DNA from: Elsinoe ampelina
Lineage: Eukaryota
Reading direction: 5' to 3'
DNA length: 64,000 nucleotides
Assembly: GCA_010093995.1 (NCBI GenBank)
Contig: ML992501.1
Location: 1,793,583 to 1,857,582 of the forward strand
A program made the position numbers and the translations under genes. Positions 47,331-59,993 of the stretch are shown here, in pieces. The notes beneath the pieces are model-generated. The model was not told the origin of the DNA, made no database searches, and saw nothing but the letters and a program-made list of their open reading frames with translations. Position 1 is the first letter of the stretch, and each line of letters starts with the position of its first letter.

Positions 47331-50098
47331 CTACACAACGCCGAGGAGCTTCTTCGCGATCAGGTAGCAACTGATACCAAATGCCAAGAGTCCTGATGTG
47401 ATGCACCAGAACCAAGTGAGGTCGTTCTCATACGCTTGTCCTGGTACCCAACTATTTGGCTGTCAGCGATCTCTCTGAGATAGCGAGAAGGTACTCACCA
47501 ATTCATTCCCCATATGCCAGTTATTAAGTTCACTTCGTCTGCGTCAGTATAGAGTCGCAAAGGCCTTTCAACGATATCGAATGAAGGAGTGCAATGGGAG
47601 AAGGGGAGTGAGAAAGTGGCTTGTTAAGGGGACAAACTTACTGGGCAGTACTATAGTACCGAGAACAGTGAGCTTGTTGAGGACGTCGTTGGTCTGCTCC
47701 GCACGCTCGGAGGTTCGAATGTTGATCTGGGCCAAGTAATTCGTGTGTGCTCTGCTGAGAAGGCTGCGGACTGTTAGTACTCCAGTCCGAAAGGGGCTGG
47801 ACGGTCGACTTACTTCTCGTAGTGGGACAAGTTCCCCGTCATGGTAACGATGTGGTCCTGGATGTCGCCAAGATACAATCCGATCTCGCTACGTGGTGCC
47901 ACCTCCCAGGCCGAAGTACAGCGTTTTGCAAAGCCTTTTATGACATCTGCTTTGTTGCCCAGTAGCCGATAAAGCGACATGACCTTTTGGCGACAAGTAC
48001 CGATACGTCGTAGCATTCTACCACCTTCATCTTTGTCCGAGGCTCTCTGGCTCTTGCTGTCGTCTTCGAGTATCTTCTTGTTGCTCTCCCTCTTCTCCTT
48101 GTCTTCATCCTTGATGCTGATGTTGTGAAGCGCCAAGATATCCTCGTCGATATTGTCCACTTGTTCCTCGACTTGCTGAACCAGCGGGGCGTATGCATCT
48201 GTAATGTCATCAATAATGGCGTACGAGATCCAGTCCGCAGACGGTGACATGTAATCATTGAGCTGTCGAATACGACGACGGACGTTTGCGGGGTGAGGAG
48301 TCTCACTGAAGTGGAAGCTCAAGATACCGTCCCTATAGACGATGACGTATATGTTCACTGGTTCCATGTAGTCAACGCTGTCCTTGTCTTGCTCAAAAGA
48401 ACGATAGTTGACGAAGTAGTAGTTCTGGAATAGCTCCACCTTCTCACGCGGCTCCTGTACCAGGATATCTTCCACTGTCAGTTGGTGAATGCCAAATGTC
48501 TTGGCTAGAATCTTCATCTCTGCTTCGGTGGGCGAGAGAACATCCAACCAGAAGGTGGGACGAGGTCCGAAGCGCTTTGGCTTGCGTGGTGTTGCTGGAG
48601 CGCATTGATGCTTCCCGTTCGGCGTCATGGAGCCGGAATGGTCTTGTGATCGAGACTTCTCCATCTGTGCGCTGGCAAGGGACGGTCGACCTCGTCCGAG
48701 TTCAGGTGCAGTGATTGTGGCTTCTTTACCCGGAGATGGTATGGCAGATTCATGGTCCTCTTCACTTTCGCTGGAATCGCTAAGCTCGGGTGGACTCGGT
48801 CGGAAGAGATCGTCGAAGGTAGCGCCGAATTGACAAAGCTCACTGATAGTCCGGCTGTGGATGGTCGCGTCGAAGTTCTCGTTGAAGTAGGTATATCTAT
48901 ACGGATCTTCTTCCTCTTCGCGATGCCAGGCCTGCTTGATGTTCCTTAGTCGGCCACCAACCATGACAGGCTCAGTCATCTTCTTCGCTCGGATCTGCTC
49001 AGCGTTACGCTCTTCTTTTTCTTCATGTGACCACTCTTCAAGAACAGATAGATCTGGCCATTGCCTCCTACGGCGACGACGCGGGCTTCGCCGACTCTCT
49101 TGACGTCCATGGAAATCTTCGTCTCCTATCTCTGACATGCCTGGGCCACCTGGGTAGCAGACATCCATCTCGGCAAGATCGTGGATTGTGCGAGATCTCT
49201 TTGGCGATTGAGGGACAGATCGCGGGCGATGCTCGTCTACGCCGTCCCCATCAATGTCAATGATAGCGTCCTGGCTAGCATGAGGATGGTCTCGTGAGAA
49301 TTCTTCGGCGATCATGACATCGTCAAGAGATCCTAGTTTGGGAGAGCCTGGCATCGAGGGTGGATTGTTGACATCGAACTCTTCATCACTGTTATCGGTA
49401 TACCCCTTCAAGTTCCGCTTCCTGCTTTCTGGAGATGGATAGGAATTGCGCTTCGGATCGAAAAACGAAGTACCGTAGCCTCCTGTACCACTGCGTGACG
49501 TTGTTGGCCTGGACTTTGATTTGGACGCCAACAGCGGTGTTCGATCTCCATTATCGTCAGAATCTTCCTCAGGAACACCACCAGTCACTTGGTTAAGCCT
49601 GGATTTGTTCGGACTCGAAGCGATCGTAGGCTGGCTTGTACGATTCTTCTGAGATCGTTGGGGTATACTGGCCCTCGATGCGCTGAAGAGGCTGTTCGAG
49701 TTGCTCCTGCGGCGAGATCTGAACGGGAGCTGTTCTCTGTGGTCTAACAAAGCCTCACTTTCCAGACTAGTATTGCTTCGGTTGTCGTCCTTGAGTCGAT
49801 AGAAGCTGGTGGATGCAGCAGTCGGTCTTGGACCGTCAAGCAGACTCGGCCTGCGATCGTGCTCGTCGTTGTCGTTGACAGTAGATTCCGAGGGTGCGGC
49901 AAAGCTTTGTCTCCTGTTCTTCCTCTTGCGACCACCTCGATGCTTCTTCTTCTTCGCCGGCATGCTCTCCGTATGACCACCAGCCTGCCCAGGGTTTGTC
50001 GGATTCGGTCCTGGTCGGGTCGGAGTTGAAGATTGGTCTATAGCATTCTGCGAGCTCGTCACCGGAGGGCCGGCAGTTTTGGGTGTGCGGGGCTCCAT
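47331..50098 (-). CDS. CorA-family magnesium transporter (Alr1/Mnr2-like)
   Basis: FWLDVLSPTEAEM, FGIHQLTVEDI and LYLGDIQDHIVTM motifs. Three 3' introns give NKLTVLGTIVLPMNLITGIWGMNCWVPG...LLGVV-stop, which includes the GMN motif. Confidence 0.93.
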
Positions 50099-51511
50099 AG
50101 CGACTTGGCCGTGCTGTGTACCGGTATATGGTCGAAGTGGAGGTCGAGCGTGAGATTATGATGCCGGATACAAGGTTGAAAAACTCTGGCTGGGGGGAAC
50201 CAACAGCGGAAGTGGATCTGTCAGAGCAATGCGGACCTGGGTGACGTCGGAATCGGTCCAAGCTTTGCCAATTGAGGAGATCGTTACAGTACAACTGGCG
50301 GACCAGACGACAGTCACTCAACAGCTAAAGAGGACCTATGCAGTACAGACAAGAAATGACAGAGACCGATCAGCCAAAAGCCCAGAAAAGCGGCACATCC
50401 TGTTATCGGGAGACGGTCGTGTAAGGTACCTGCGTGCTGCCTCAGCGTGACGACACGCGATAGATTTCCCAAACCAGGACAAGCTCAAGATCTGCAGGCC
50501 CGCCGCCAATCATGGCGAGGCACAAAAATTGAGAGCTTGTGTGCGTTTCTTACCAATACCTTTGACTGCGTCTGAAGACATCCGTCACTGACGGTCGCTT
50601 CTTGGAACAAGGACAAGAAGAGGACAATTCTGGTCGCATGCAATGTGGCATAGAATCTGTAGAGATGATTGAGGGATAAGCCGTTGCTTGGAATGCATGT
50701 CCTGTGCGCAGCATCTGATGACGCTCCCACGTGAAGGAAGAGGAGGTATTTAGGGGAATCGCAGCTGTCGTGAACGACCTTACGACTTGTCACGCAGTCT
50801 CCTTCCAAAAAGATGTTGCATGAAGACGATCAAGATCGGAGAGTACACTTCTCTTTGTCCAAACTTGCGGCTCCGGGCTTGGTCACACGTTCTGAAGCTC
50901 TGCTTTGTGATCGCCGGAAGTGGGGATCCTGATGGTACTTGGGTTGTACAACCATGTATGTCGATAGAATCTCGAGCCAGGTTCAGAAATTCTTATAGAT
51001 AAAAATTAGACACCGTCATGCTCTTGGTTGTCCTAGCAGGTCAAATTTGCACAAAGCACGTGGTAAAATTTGATAGATGAGCCCAAGCCTCTGTCTTTTG
51101 GATGTCCCTGCGCGGCTCCGAAGCATGGGCGGAAGGAGCTTTGACCTTTTGAAATGGCGGCGTATAAGAAGGCTTGCTCTCCCCCACCTCGGCCGGGCGC
51201 GTCACTTTGCTTGTGCGTGTGGAGAAGCTCCAAATCTTTCTGTTGCCCGACACAGCATGCAACCAAACAATTGATGCAATTACATGACCGCTCAAATTCG
51301 AAGAGTGATTGTACTGCCTAATGCGAACAATTGATTGAACAAAGAAAGCGCTTCTGCCTCTATTGGTTCCATCTCCAACATACATTAACAACACAAACAA
51401 CCACACCGACACCGACACCGAAACCATCCACTACTGATTCACGGTCACATATCCAACCTCGATCCAACATACCACCTGAAAGCATTTCCAAATGCGACCC
51501 TAGCATTCTCG

Positions 51512-54166
51512 ATGCGTCTTATCACACCACCGAGCCTCCACTATCCTCTAACGGTCACGCGTTTGCGCTGCCAACAGGATGAAGAGGTAGCCCAAGGGAC
51601 ACCGCTGTTCGACTATCGTTATGAGACGACAGTGATAGAGGGGTCCATCGACAATCCGGAAGGAGAACCCGTGAAGAGGACTCTGTATGCCACGTACGAG
51701 AGTGACCTAGAAGGCACTCTCCGACGATGGCTCGTATCGCAAGGGACTGCCATAACCCGTGGAGGGCAAGTCTATCAGAGCGCATCAGATGACTGAGGGC
51801 TAACATGTTTGCAGTACACCAGTAGGCGACGTGGAAGAAGCATGCCGGCACGAAGTCCAGTTCCAGGGCATGTGTGCCGACTGCGGTAAAGATATGGACG
51901 AGTATGATCAGCCGATCGATATGCCCGCACAATTCGCTGACCATGACATAGAGTCACCTACAACACAGTACAAAAGAAGTCGGCTCGCGCCACTATTTCC
52001 ACAGCACTCAGTCATTCCGGACTCCTCATATCACCCGCTGAAGCTTCAAGATCAGATGACGAAGCAAAGAGAAGGCTCATAACTTCACGAAAGCTGTCTC
52101 TGGTTGTCGATCTCGATCAGACCATCATTCAAGCCACCGTTGACGGTACTGTGGCAGAATGGCAGAACGATCCTACGAACCCCAACCATGACGCAGTCAA
52201 GGATGTTCGAGCTTTCCAGCTCTCCGAAGAAGCGTCCGGCGTACGAGGGTGCTGGTATTATGTCAAGTTGCGCCCTGGTCTGAAACAATTTCTCGAAGAC
52301 ATGAACAAGCTCTACGAAATGCACATCTACACCATGGGAACACGCAATTATGCACACAACATCGCAAAGCTTGTTGACCCTGATAAGAAGATCTTTGGCG
52401 ACCGCATCCTCAGTCGGGACGAGAGCGGAAGCATGCAGGTGAAGAATTTGCGTCTCCTTTTCCCTGTCGATACCAAGATGGTCGTCATCATCGATGATCG
52501 TGGTGATGTGTGGCACTGGAGTCAGAACCTCATCAAGGTCAACGCCTTTGACTTCTTCGTGGGAATCGGAGACATTAATTCCAGCTTTCTTCCAAAACGC
52601 CCGGGCATTGATGATGTCCCACCGCCGACGGTCGAGCCGATCACTGCGAATGGAAACCACGAGTCGGCACAGGACATCAAGACCAACGGCGAAGGAAAGC
52701 AGAAACCGACCAGACCAATTGAGGAGAATCCTGTAGAGCCACAGACCAACGGAGACGTCTCGACTATCGATCAGATCATGGCCATGGGTGGAGCAGGAGA
52801 CGCTAGTACGGTAAAGGAACAGACCAACGAGCATAACGAGACGATCAAGGCGCAATTGACAGCCAGACCTTTGCTCCAGAAGCAAAAGAAGCTCGAAGCT
52901 GCGGAAGATGCTTCTGATGATGCCCCCGTGGACTCACCGCAGCAGAACAGTGACTCGGATAACCCTCCTCAAAATCGCCACAACCTGCTCCGCGATGATG
53001 ATAATGAGCTGCATTATCTGCGACAATCATTACAGTCTGTTCACCAGAAGTTTTACTCAGAATACGATGCACGAAACTCGCTACAACCATCGCGGGTGTC
53101 TGAGCTCCGGCAAAACAGCTTGCGACCGCAAGCACCCAAGGCTGCTTCAGACCTGGAGACACTCCCTGATGTGACCACGATTATGGCAAGCATGAAGATC
53201 TCTGTCCTTCGCGGCGTCTACATTGTCTTCTCCGGCGTCGTACCGCTTGGCACACCAATCCAATCGCACGATCTCGCTGTTTGGGCCAAGTCCTTCGGAG
53301 CCGTCATTCAGGAGAACATCAACCGCCGCACCACTCATGTCATCGCCGTCCCTAGCCGCAAGACATCAAAGGTCAAGAAGGCCTATCGCCGTGGCATCCC
53401 GATGGTTCAACAGAAATGGCTACTCGATTGCTTCTCTCAGTGGCGCCGCGTCCCCGAAGCGCCCTATCGAATACACACAGTGCTCGACGACGAAGATGGG
53501 CCCCGCCATCCCCACCGCACCTCTCCTCTCGACGACCAGCCTGGTCTCCTCTCCTCGAGCGAAGAAGATGCCGCCCTTACTGAATCCGACGCCGACACCC
53601 CAGTCGCCACCAACGGCCTCCGCCTCGACACTTCCGGTCCAAACTCAGCCACCGACGCCGACGACGAAGCCGACGACACCGAAACCGAAAAAGAACTCCG
53701 CCGCCACATGCCCTCGCTCTCCCGCGAAGACTCGTCCCCGCACGAAGAAACAAAAGAAGACTGGGACGAAGTCAACGACGAACTGGCCGAATTCCTCGGC
53801 AGCGACGCCGAAGACGACGGCAGCGCGAGCGAGGCCGAGTCCACGCGGTCGTCCACCGACGGAGGCAGCGCAGGAGGCACCAAGAAGCGCAAGCGCGCGG
53901 ACACGGGTGGCCAGGAGGGCGAAAGCGGGGAAGAGCAAGAAGGGAGCAGCAAGTTACAGGTCAGGAAGAAGAAGGCTTTGGGGAGGACTAGTAGTCTCAA
54001 CACCGTGGAGGGGGTGACGCAGGGGGCGGTCGCGGTGCCGGGCCAGGAGAGCGTAGTGGAGCAGAACGAGGACGGGGAGGAAGGCGAGGGCCGGGCGACG
54101 GACGATGATGATCTGGAGGCGGCGTTGGCGGCGGAGATGGCGAGGGGTGAGGATGAGGACGAGTAG
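51512..54166 (+). CDS. FCP1: RNA polymerase II CTD phosphatase Fcp1
   Basis: CRHEVQFQGMCADCGKDM, KLSLVVDLDQTII (DxDxT), YYVKLRPGL, VVIIDDRGDVW, a BRCT domain and an acidic tail. Introns at 51766-51814 (GC-AG) and ~51902-51951. Confidence 0.96.
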
Positions 54167-54514
54167 AGCTGGTGGGACAGTTGAAGGGAGGGACAGGGAT
54201 GGAGGGGCTGGGTGGGTGATGTGATTGTTACGCATAGCGCGGCGTAGGGTTGGATATCGAGGCACCTTTATGGGAATTTGTCTGCTGATGCGGACTGGGG
54301 TGAGATAGATCTACGACATGTGTCATGACACGAATGAGATCGATTCATTTTCGTCACTACGATTGCAATCATAAAGAAGAGCCGGGTTATCAAAGACTCG
54401 TATCATGCTGTTTATCTCCTGTCATGTATGTATGATACCTAACATGATTGTCAAAGCACTGTATTCATGCTTAAAAGCCTAGAGTCTGGTGAGGCAATAG
54501 AGACAGGCAGTACA

Positions 54515-56007
54515 TCAAGTCTCGATAGACCTGTTCCTGCCCCTTGCTCTGGTCTGACCTGCTTCGCAAGAATTATCCCACCAACCCAAGGCCAATTCAT
54601 CCATGAACCAGATCCTTTGCTCCTCGCCAGCGAAAGCTCGGATCTGCAACCCACTCAAACCACGCATATCGAGCGGAAAGTCAACGAAGGTGAGGTCGCA
54701 GTCTTCCAGAGCCGGACAAGCAGGAACAGTGACGTTGCTTTGATATGCAAGCACCTCATCACGGAATGATCGGTCGTAGACGTAGCCACTGATCTCGTAC
54801 ATGCAGCCAGGCGAGTCGGTGTTGTCGCAGCCTAGATAAGCAGAGTAGGCATTGAACCAGTAGACTTGGTTGGAAGCGCGAGCTCCAGCACCAAGTTCGC
54901 CTGGTCTCACAAACCCAGGAGATGGGATATTGGCTGCCCCTGTCTGCTTGGTGATGAAGACTGCCAGGTGAGGTGGGGTCACAGCTCTGAAAGGCGTCTC
55001 TGGAAGAGGAGCGTAAACATAGCCCTCAGAGAATTGGAAGTGACGGTATGGGCTGAAGATGGGTACTGCGCGGGTGATGTCGGTAAGGTTGGTGATGAAT
55101 CGAGGCAAGTCATCCCACTAGACAGGGGTCAGTGATGGATTACAGATTGCGAGAAGTACTTACGCCGAAACGAAAATCACCGGTCTCTCCGCAGTCTGTC
55201 TCTACAGTCGCAAGGCCAGTACCTGACGGAAAGGGAATGGTTCGGGTACTGAGAGTGGACGGCTCGGAGATCGTCTGGTTACAAGTCGTTCTCCCTACGG
55301 TGTCAGTCGCATAGACCGGTGCGGTGAGAGATGTCAAGACAGCGGTGGTCGGGTAGGGGGGAGACTGAGAAAGCCCAGGTCTGCCAATTGTGCCTGGCGA
55401 GTACCTTACGGGCCCTGGATATGTGTTCCCAGGCAACTCGGTCTCGGTGAACTCTCCAACCTCTACATCCTCAAGCTGTGCATCGCGACCAAAGATGCCA
55501 GACACAGAATCAGCTAATTCTGCGTTCGATCCGTCCGTAGGAAGACCTAGGCTTGAGATGATGCTGGAGGAGCCATTCCAGCCACTCGCACCAGGCCCAA
55601 GAAGACTGCTGACAGAGTTTGTACGGGGAATAGTCAAAGTAAGGGTTGGAAAGACAGAGGTGGTGGATGCTGTGAATATGGTGGCAGTAGTGTTGCTATT
55701 GTCGGATGATGTTGGCAAGTATGTGAAAGACGCGGGAGTCGAGGTAGTCGTGAGATTGTTGGAGGAGGATCCGCCGGCGGTGATTGTAACGATTTCGGTG
55801 GAAACGACTGTGGTGGTGACTTTGGCGACGGTCTGAGTGACTGTGATGGTATCGAAGACGGTGAGGATGTCCACAGAAACAACGCAGGTGCTATGCAATG
55901 TCAGACAGAGTCACGCGCAGCACTGAAGTACACCCAACGTACCTAAGATCCTGAGCAGATGCGATGGTGGCGGCCATGGCGACCAGCAAAGCCGTAATGG
56001 TCTTCAT
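54515..56007 (-). CDS. Secreted Ser/Thr-rich protein with a Cys-containing C-terminal globular domain
   Basis: Signal peptide MKTITALLVAMAATIASA, a T/S-rich region, then CGETGDFRFG|WDDLPRF...WFNAYSAYLGCDN...WFMDELALGWWDNSC. Two introns. Confidence 0.78.
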
Positions 56008-56562
56008 GCTGTTGGGAATAGATGAACGATAAAGGTAAACCGCGTAATGAGTGACTTTGGTGAGTTGAGAGCTCTACGATGGAGGTGAGGTGGAAGCAGA
56101 ACGACTAATATGGGACGTGATTGTGGATATGCACTGAGGTGCTTCCCCCAGTGGCACTCGCAATCCTACGACAAGTGGAAGTTGCGATTGCGTCACCCGA
56201 AGAGCCTGCACCGCGAGTCGCGAGGAACTCTCGTACGTGAAACGTGAATCAGCTGCATGCACATGTCATCCATGGATGGGTAGGGAGCACAGAGAGCGAC
56301 ATGTCTACAGACCTTCTCGATTCATTACAGTCAGCTACACAAGCTACAGTTGCGTTCATGCAGAGGCATCGCCTGCAAAACTTTCTCGTCACTTTCTCGA
56401 TGTTACAGACAAGACTATTCGCAGTCCATGTAAGCTGTCATGAAAGTCGATGATGAATGAAGTTCAAGTCGCACGAGTCCTTGACATATCATGTGGTCCT
56501 AGCTCCCTTAGCGGCATGCAATGTCGATCAATTTCCGAGAGACAGAGCCGCATTCTGAGAAT

Positions 56563-59500
56563 AGGGCTCTTTAGCCCGCGTGACAGTCGTTGAACAGCTG
56601 GGCGTGACAACTGCCCTTTTGGTACGCCAAGCCGGGCACTTGTCTAGTTAATCCGCAGGGATAATCCCGGCTGAAAGTATCTGAATATTAAACTTAGCAA
56701 ATTCGCTGTTGTCTATTACGTCGTTAGTATAGAAGAATTAAAGCTTAAAAAAGGTATTATTACTTTTTATAGCACATAAGTGCTCTCGTAAAGGTGCTAC
56801 TCTAGCCTCTCTTAGCTTCTTCTACCTCTTCCTCTAACGCTGCCGCCGTCGCCGCCGCGGAGCGCTGACTTATATATAAGGTAATTACCTCTATTACTTC
56901 TTTAAGTAGACTATCGACTCGTAGCTAGAGAAGAAGTTTAGGCCTCTTTTGCAGTAGGTGATCGAGGTTGCTAAGGCCATGGAGGAGAGGCATGCTAACG
57001 GAGGATAAGGTTTATAAAGGCTAAGTTTATTAAGCTAGTATAGCTACTAGAGATCTACTGGATCTAGTAGAGTAATAGGTGTAAGCTATTACTAGAGAAG
57101 GCCTTAGTAATTACTCTCGCGAGGCTAAGTTAGCCGTACTAGTAGTATACTTACTATAACTATTTTAGTCGATCTACCGGCTATCTCTTCTCCGTCTTTA
57201 CTAATGTAATTATATACGTTAAGGTAACCTTCGGCTAGCTATTAGACTAGTATCCTTGGCTAGATAATTAATAGTAGTTAGTGGCCTTTAGTAAGGTAGT
57301 AGAGCGAGCTAGAGAGCGGTCGAATATTTAGGGGTTTATCGATAGTACCTTTAGAGGCTTTAAACAGCCTAGTATTAATTAGCAAGTTGCCTATTCTAGT
57401 TACTATAAAGGCTATAGCGCTAAGTACTAAGGGGTAGTCACGCTAGATAGTATCGTCTCTTCCCTCTATAGCCTCTTTAATAGCAAGAATAACAACTAGG
57501 GCATGTATAATTACTTAGTAGTAGCCGAGAAGGTATAGGCGCTTAATCGAGAGTATAGCCGAGGCTAGAGGTTGTACCTTTATAGTAATATAGCCTACTA
57601 CCTATCGACTAGTATTATAGCTTCTTACTACTATAAGGACGGCTAGCAGTATCTATTAACTCGAGAAAGGGCTTTTAATAAGACGCTATTAAGAGTTAGA
57701 ATATCTATCGAGCATGTCTTTAGCCTTACCTAATCCTTATAGACTTACACTGTATTTACTAAAGGCCTTTACCTCGGCTAACAACTAGTTAGTGCCTTCT
57801 ACTGCACGTCGGTGCTTCTTATAAACCTCTATACTTACTATCGTAGTTATAGTACAATGTCTAGTTGCTTCGTTATAACTCTACTAACTATATAATAATA
57901 TTTAATACTAGATAAATAGGTAGTAAAGAGGTAAAAGAGATTTTACAAGTGTAAAAGGTAGCGGAGAGTTAAGGCTTAGTAGGTAGCTATAATTACGCTA
58001 ATTACTCTATCTAATTGTAACTTCTTTATAATTATTAATTTCACTTAGTTTAAGTTGTTTCTTTTCCTATTCGAGTCTCTACTATCGGTTATCTATCTCT
58101 ATACTTCCTTAAAGTACTCTAGCGGAAATTAATAAAGTAATTACGGATTAACAACTATGCTAAGTTTATGTTAATTGCTTCTTCCTACCTGCGTTTCTCC
58201 TCTTATCCCTTACCTTAGACTAGGGGGTCGACTTAGCCTTAACTAGTATAATATTACTAGTGGTTATTAGACTACTCTATACTCTTTACATATCTCTCGG
58301 AGCATGCTAAGGATAGCCTCCTACGAGTTTAACACGTTTCGGAGTTCTCTTTAAAGAGTTCTATTGTTATCCTTTAATCGCCTTACCTTGTCTAATATAC
58401 TCTAAAGAGAGGAGGTATTAGCTGCTATACAATTAGTATCAGTAGTAAACTACGCTATACTAGCATTAAGAAACATAGTAGTATAGCCCCTTAGCCTTAC
58501 TAGAGTAGCACGGGACGTAGATGTACTCGATTATACGTCGGTAGTAGTAGTAGAGTGTGTAATAAGGTCGGTAGAGGTAGGTTATAAGCGCTATGTTAAG
58601 GCTTAGCTATTACTCTCGAGAGGGAAGGTACCCTCTTTAGCCTCCTCTTCTTACTCCTTAGCATTAATCTCCTCTATAATCTTGGCATCTAGATTACTGT
58701 CTTAAAGCTATAGCTCGTCGGAACTGTTAAAGGAGCTATAGTAGTTACGTATATAACCTATTATAGCGTCCTCTATGTTAAGCTACTCTATCTACAAGTC
58801 CTAGGCCTTAGTAGTTACCCTTTAAGTAGCCTTAGCCTTATTAGCTAAGATAGAGTTCCACTAGTTGTTAATAAAGCTATCTAGCTACCGCTTAACCTTA
58901 GAGTTATCCTTATAGCTACTAGTATTATCCCTCCGAGTAGCACGCTACTTAAGCTAGTTATAAATCGATATAACTAGCTTACGGCTAATAGTCTTATACT
59001 ACTCCCTTGTCGCTTTATACTAGGCTATTATAAGGGCCCTCTACTACTCGTTCTGTAACTTAGTAGCGTAGATAACGCTTCTAAGGGAATAGGCAATAGT
59101 AAGTAACCTTATAAAGCGCTTATTAGTCTAATCTTATAGCGGCCGGAGTACTCTAGGGAGTATATTACTAGCAGTTAATAAAACTAACTTATTACGTAAA
59201 GAACAAGAACTAGTGTAAATACAACTCTCTAATGTAGTACTACTACGTATATCTCTCTCTTACATATCTCTTCTTACTCTTCTACTATCTCTTCTATAGT
59301 TTTATAACAATAGTAAGGCTACTAGAGTGGCTAACAGCCGTGCTAGAGGGTTTATAGTCAACGACGAGGTTGATAACGCATTGCTCGGCGTGCTTGGAGG
59401 ATTAGAAGGAGTCGGTATTATATATAGTTAAAAGGGCTTAAAGTAACTTTAATCTTTATAAAGAGTAACACTAAGGCTTAAAGTCATTAATATTTCGAGC

Positions 59501-59665
59501 TAAACCGCTTCAAGTAACGATAGATTAACTGTTCAGCCATGACAGTTGACTGTCACGGTTGAACAGCTGCGGATGATCGTCACGAACGAGCCTTTCCAAC
59601 CTGGGAAGGTGTACAGTCAAAAAAGAGGTGTTCAACACCAGCTGTCACGCGGGCTAAAGAGCCCT
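56563..59665. mobile_element. RIP-mutated PIF/Harbinger-related (PHIS) DNA transposon, full length
   Basis: 24-bp perfect TIR AGGGCTCTTTAGCCCGCGTGACAG (56563-56586 and 59642-59665), flanked by AAT on both sides. The interior is AT-rich and TpA-rich. A relic transposase reads I*GFIDST at 57326-57349. Confidence 0.92.
56780..57900 (+). pseudogene. Relic DDE_Tnp_4-type transposase (boundaries approximate)
   Basis: Reversing RIP changes gives IWGFIDGTFRGF.RPG..QQVAYSG..KGHGAKYQGVVTPDGIVSSL.GPF.GKNND, then YGD.AY and ISIEHVFG. Many TAG/TAA stops. Confidence 0.8.
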
Positions 59666-59993
59666 AATGATGTGATTGGCCGTGATTGGCGCGGGCAGAC
59701 GTGAAGTGGTTCCCGCTCTCCGCCATCTTCGTTCCCACCCACCCCTCCTTCATGTTCAGATGATCTCTTTCATGGACGTCCACGTGCCTGTTCGACCTGC
59801 TTGACGCGCCAAGTATAGCATTCCGCTCCGCCTGCACCGGATTGCCTGACGGCCATTTCCGACCGAGGATCTTCGAGGCGCACGCCTTTTTGTCGGCACA
59901 GTGTTGCCTGACGTTCTTCTATGCGAGTGTCTCAGCTCAACCTCGTTCTCGGCATCGCTTATACGATCTGTCTTTCCTGTTGAAACGCTCGTC

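Noticed and set aside
56554..59674. Interpreting the TE as hAT (TAG start) or Tc1/mariner (TA duplication)
   Set aside because: The 8-bp flanks differ (tctgagaa vs atgatgtg), the transposase relic has Harbinger-type GFIDGT...GD.AY...IEH.FG motifs, and AAT is duplicated.
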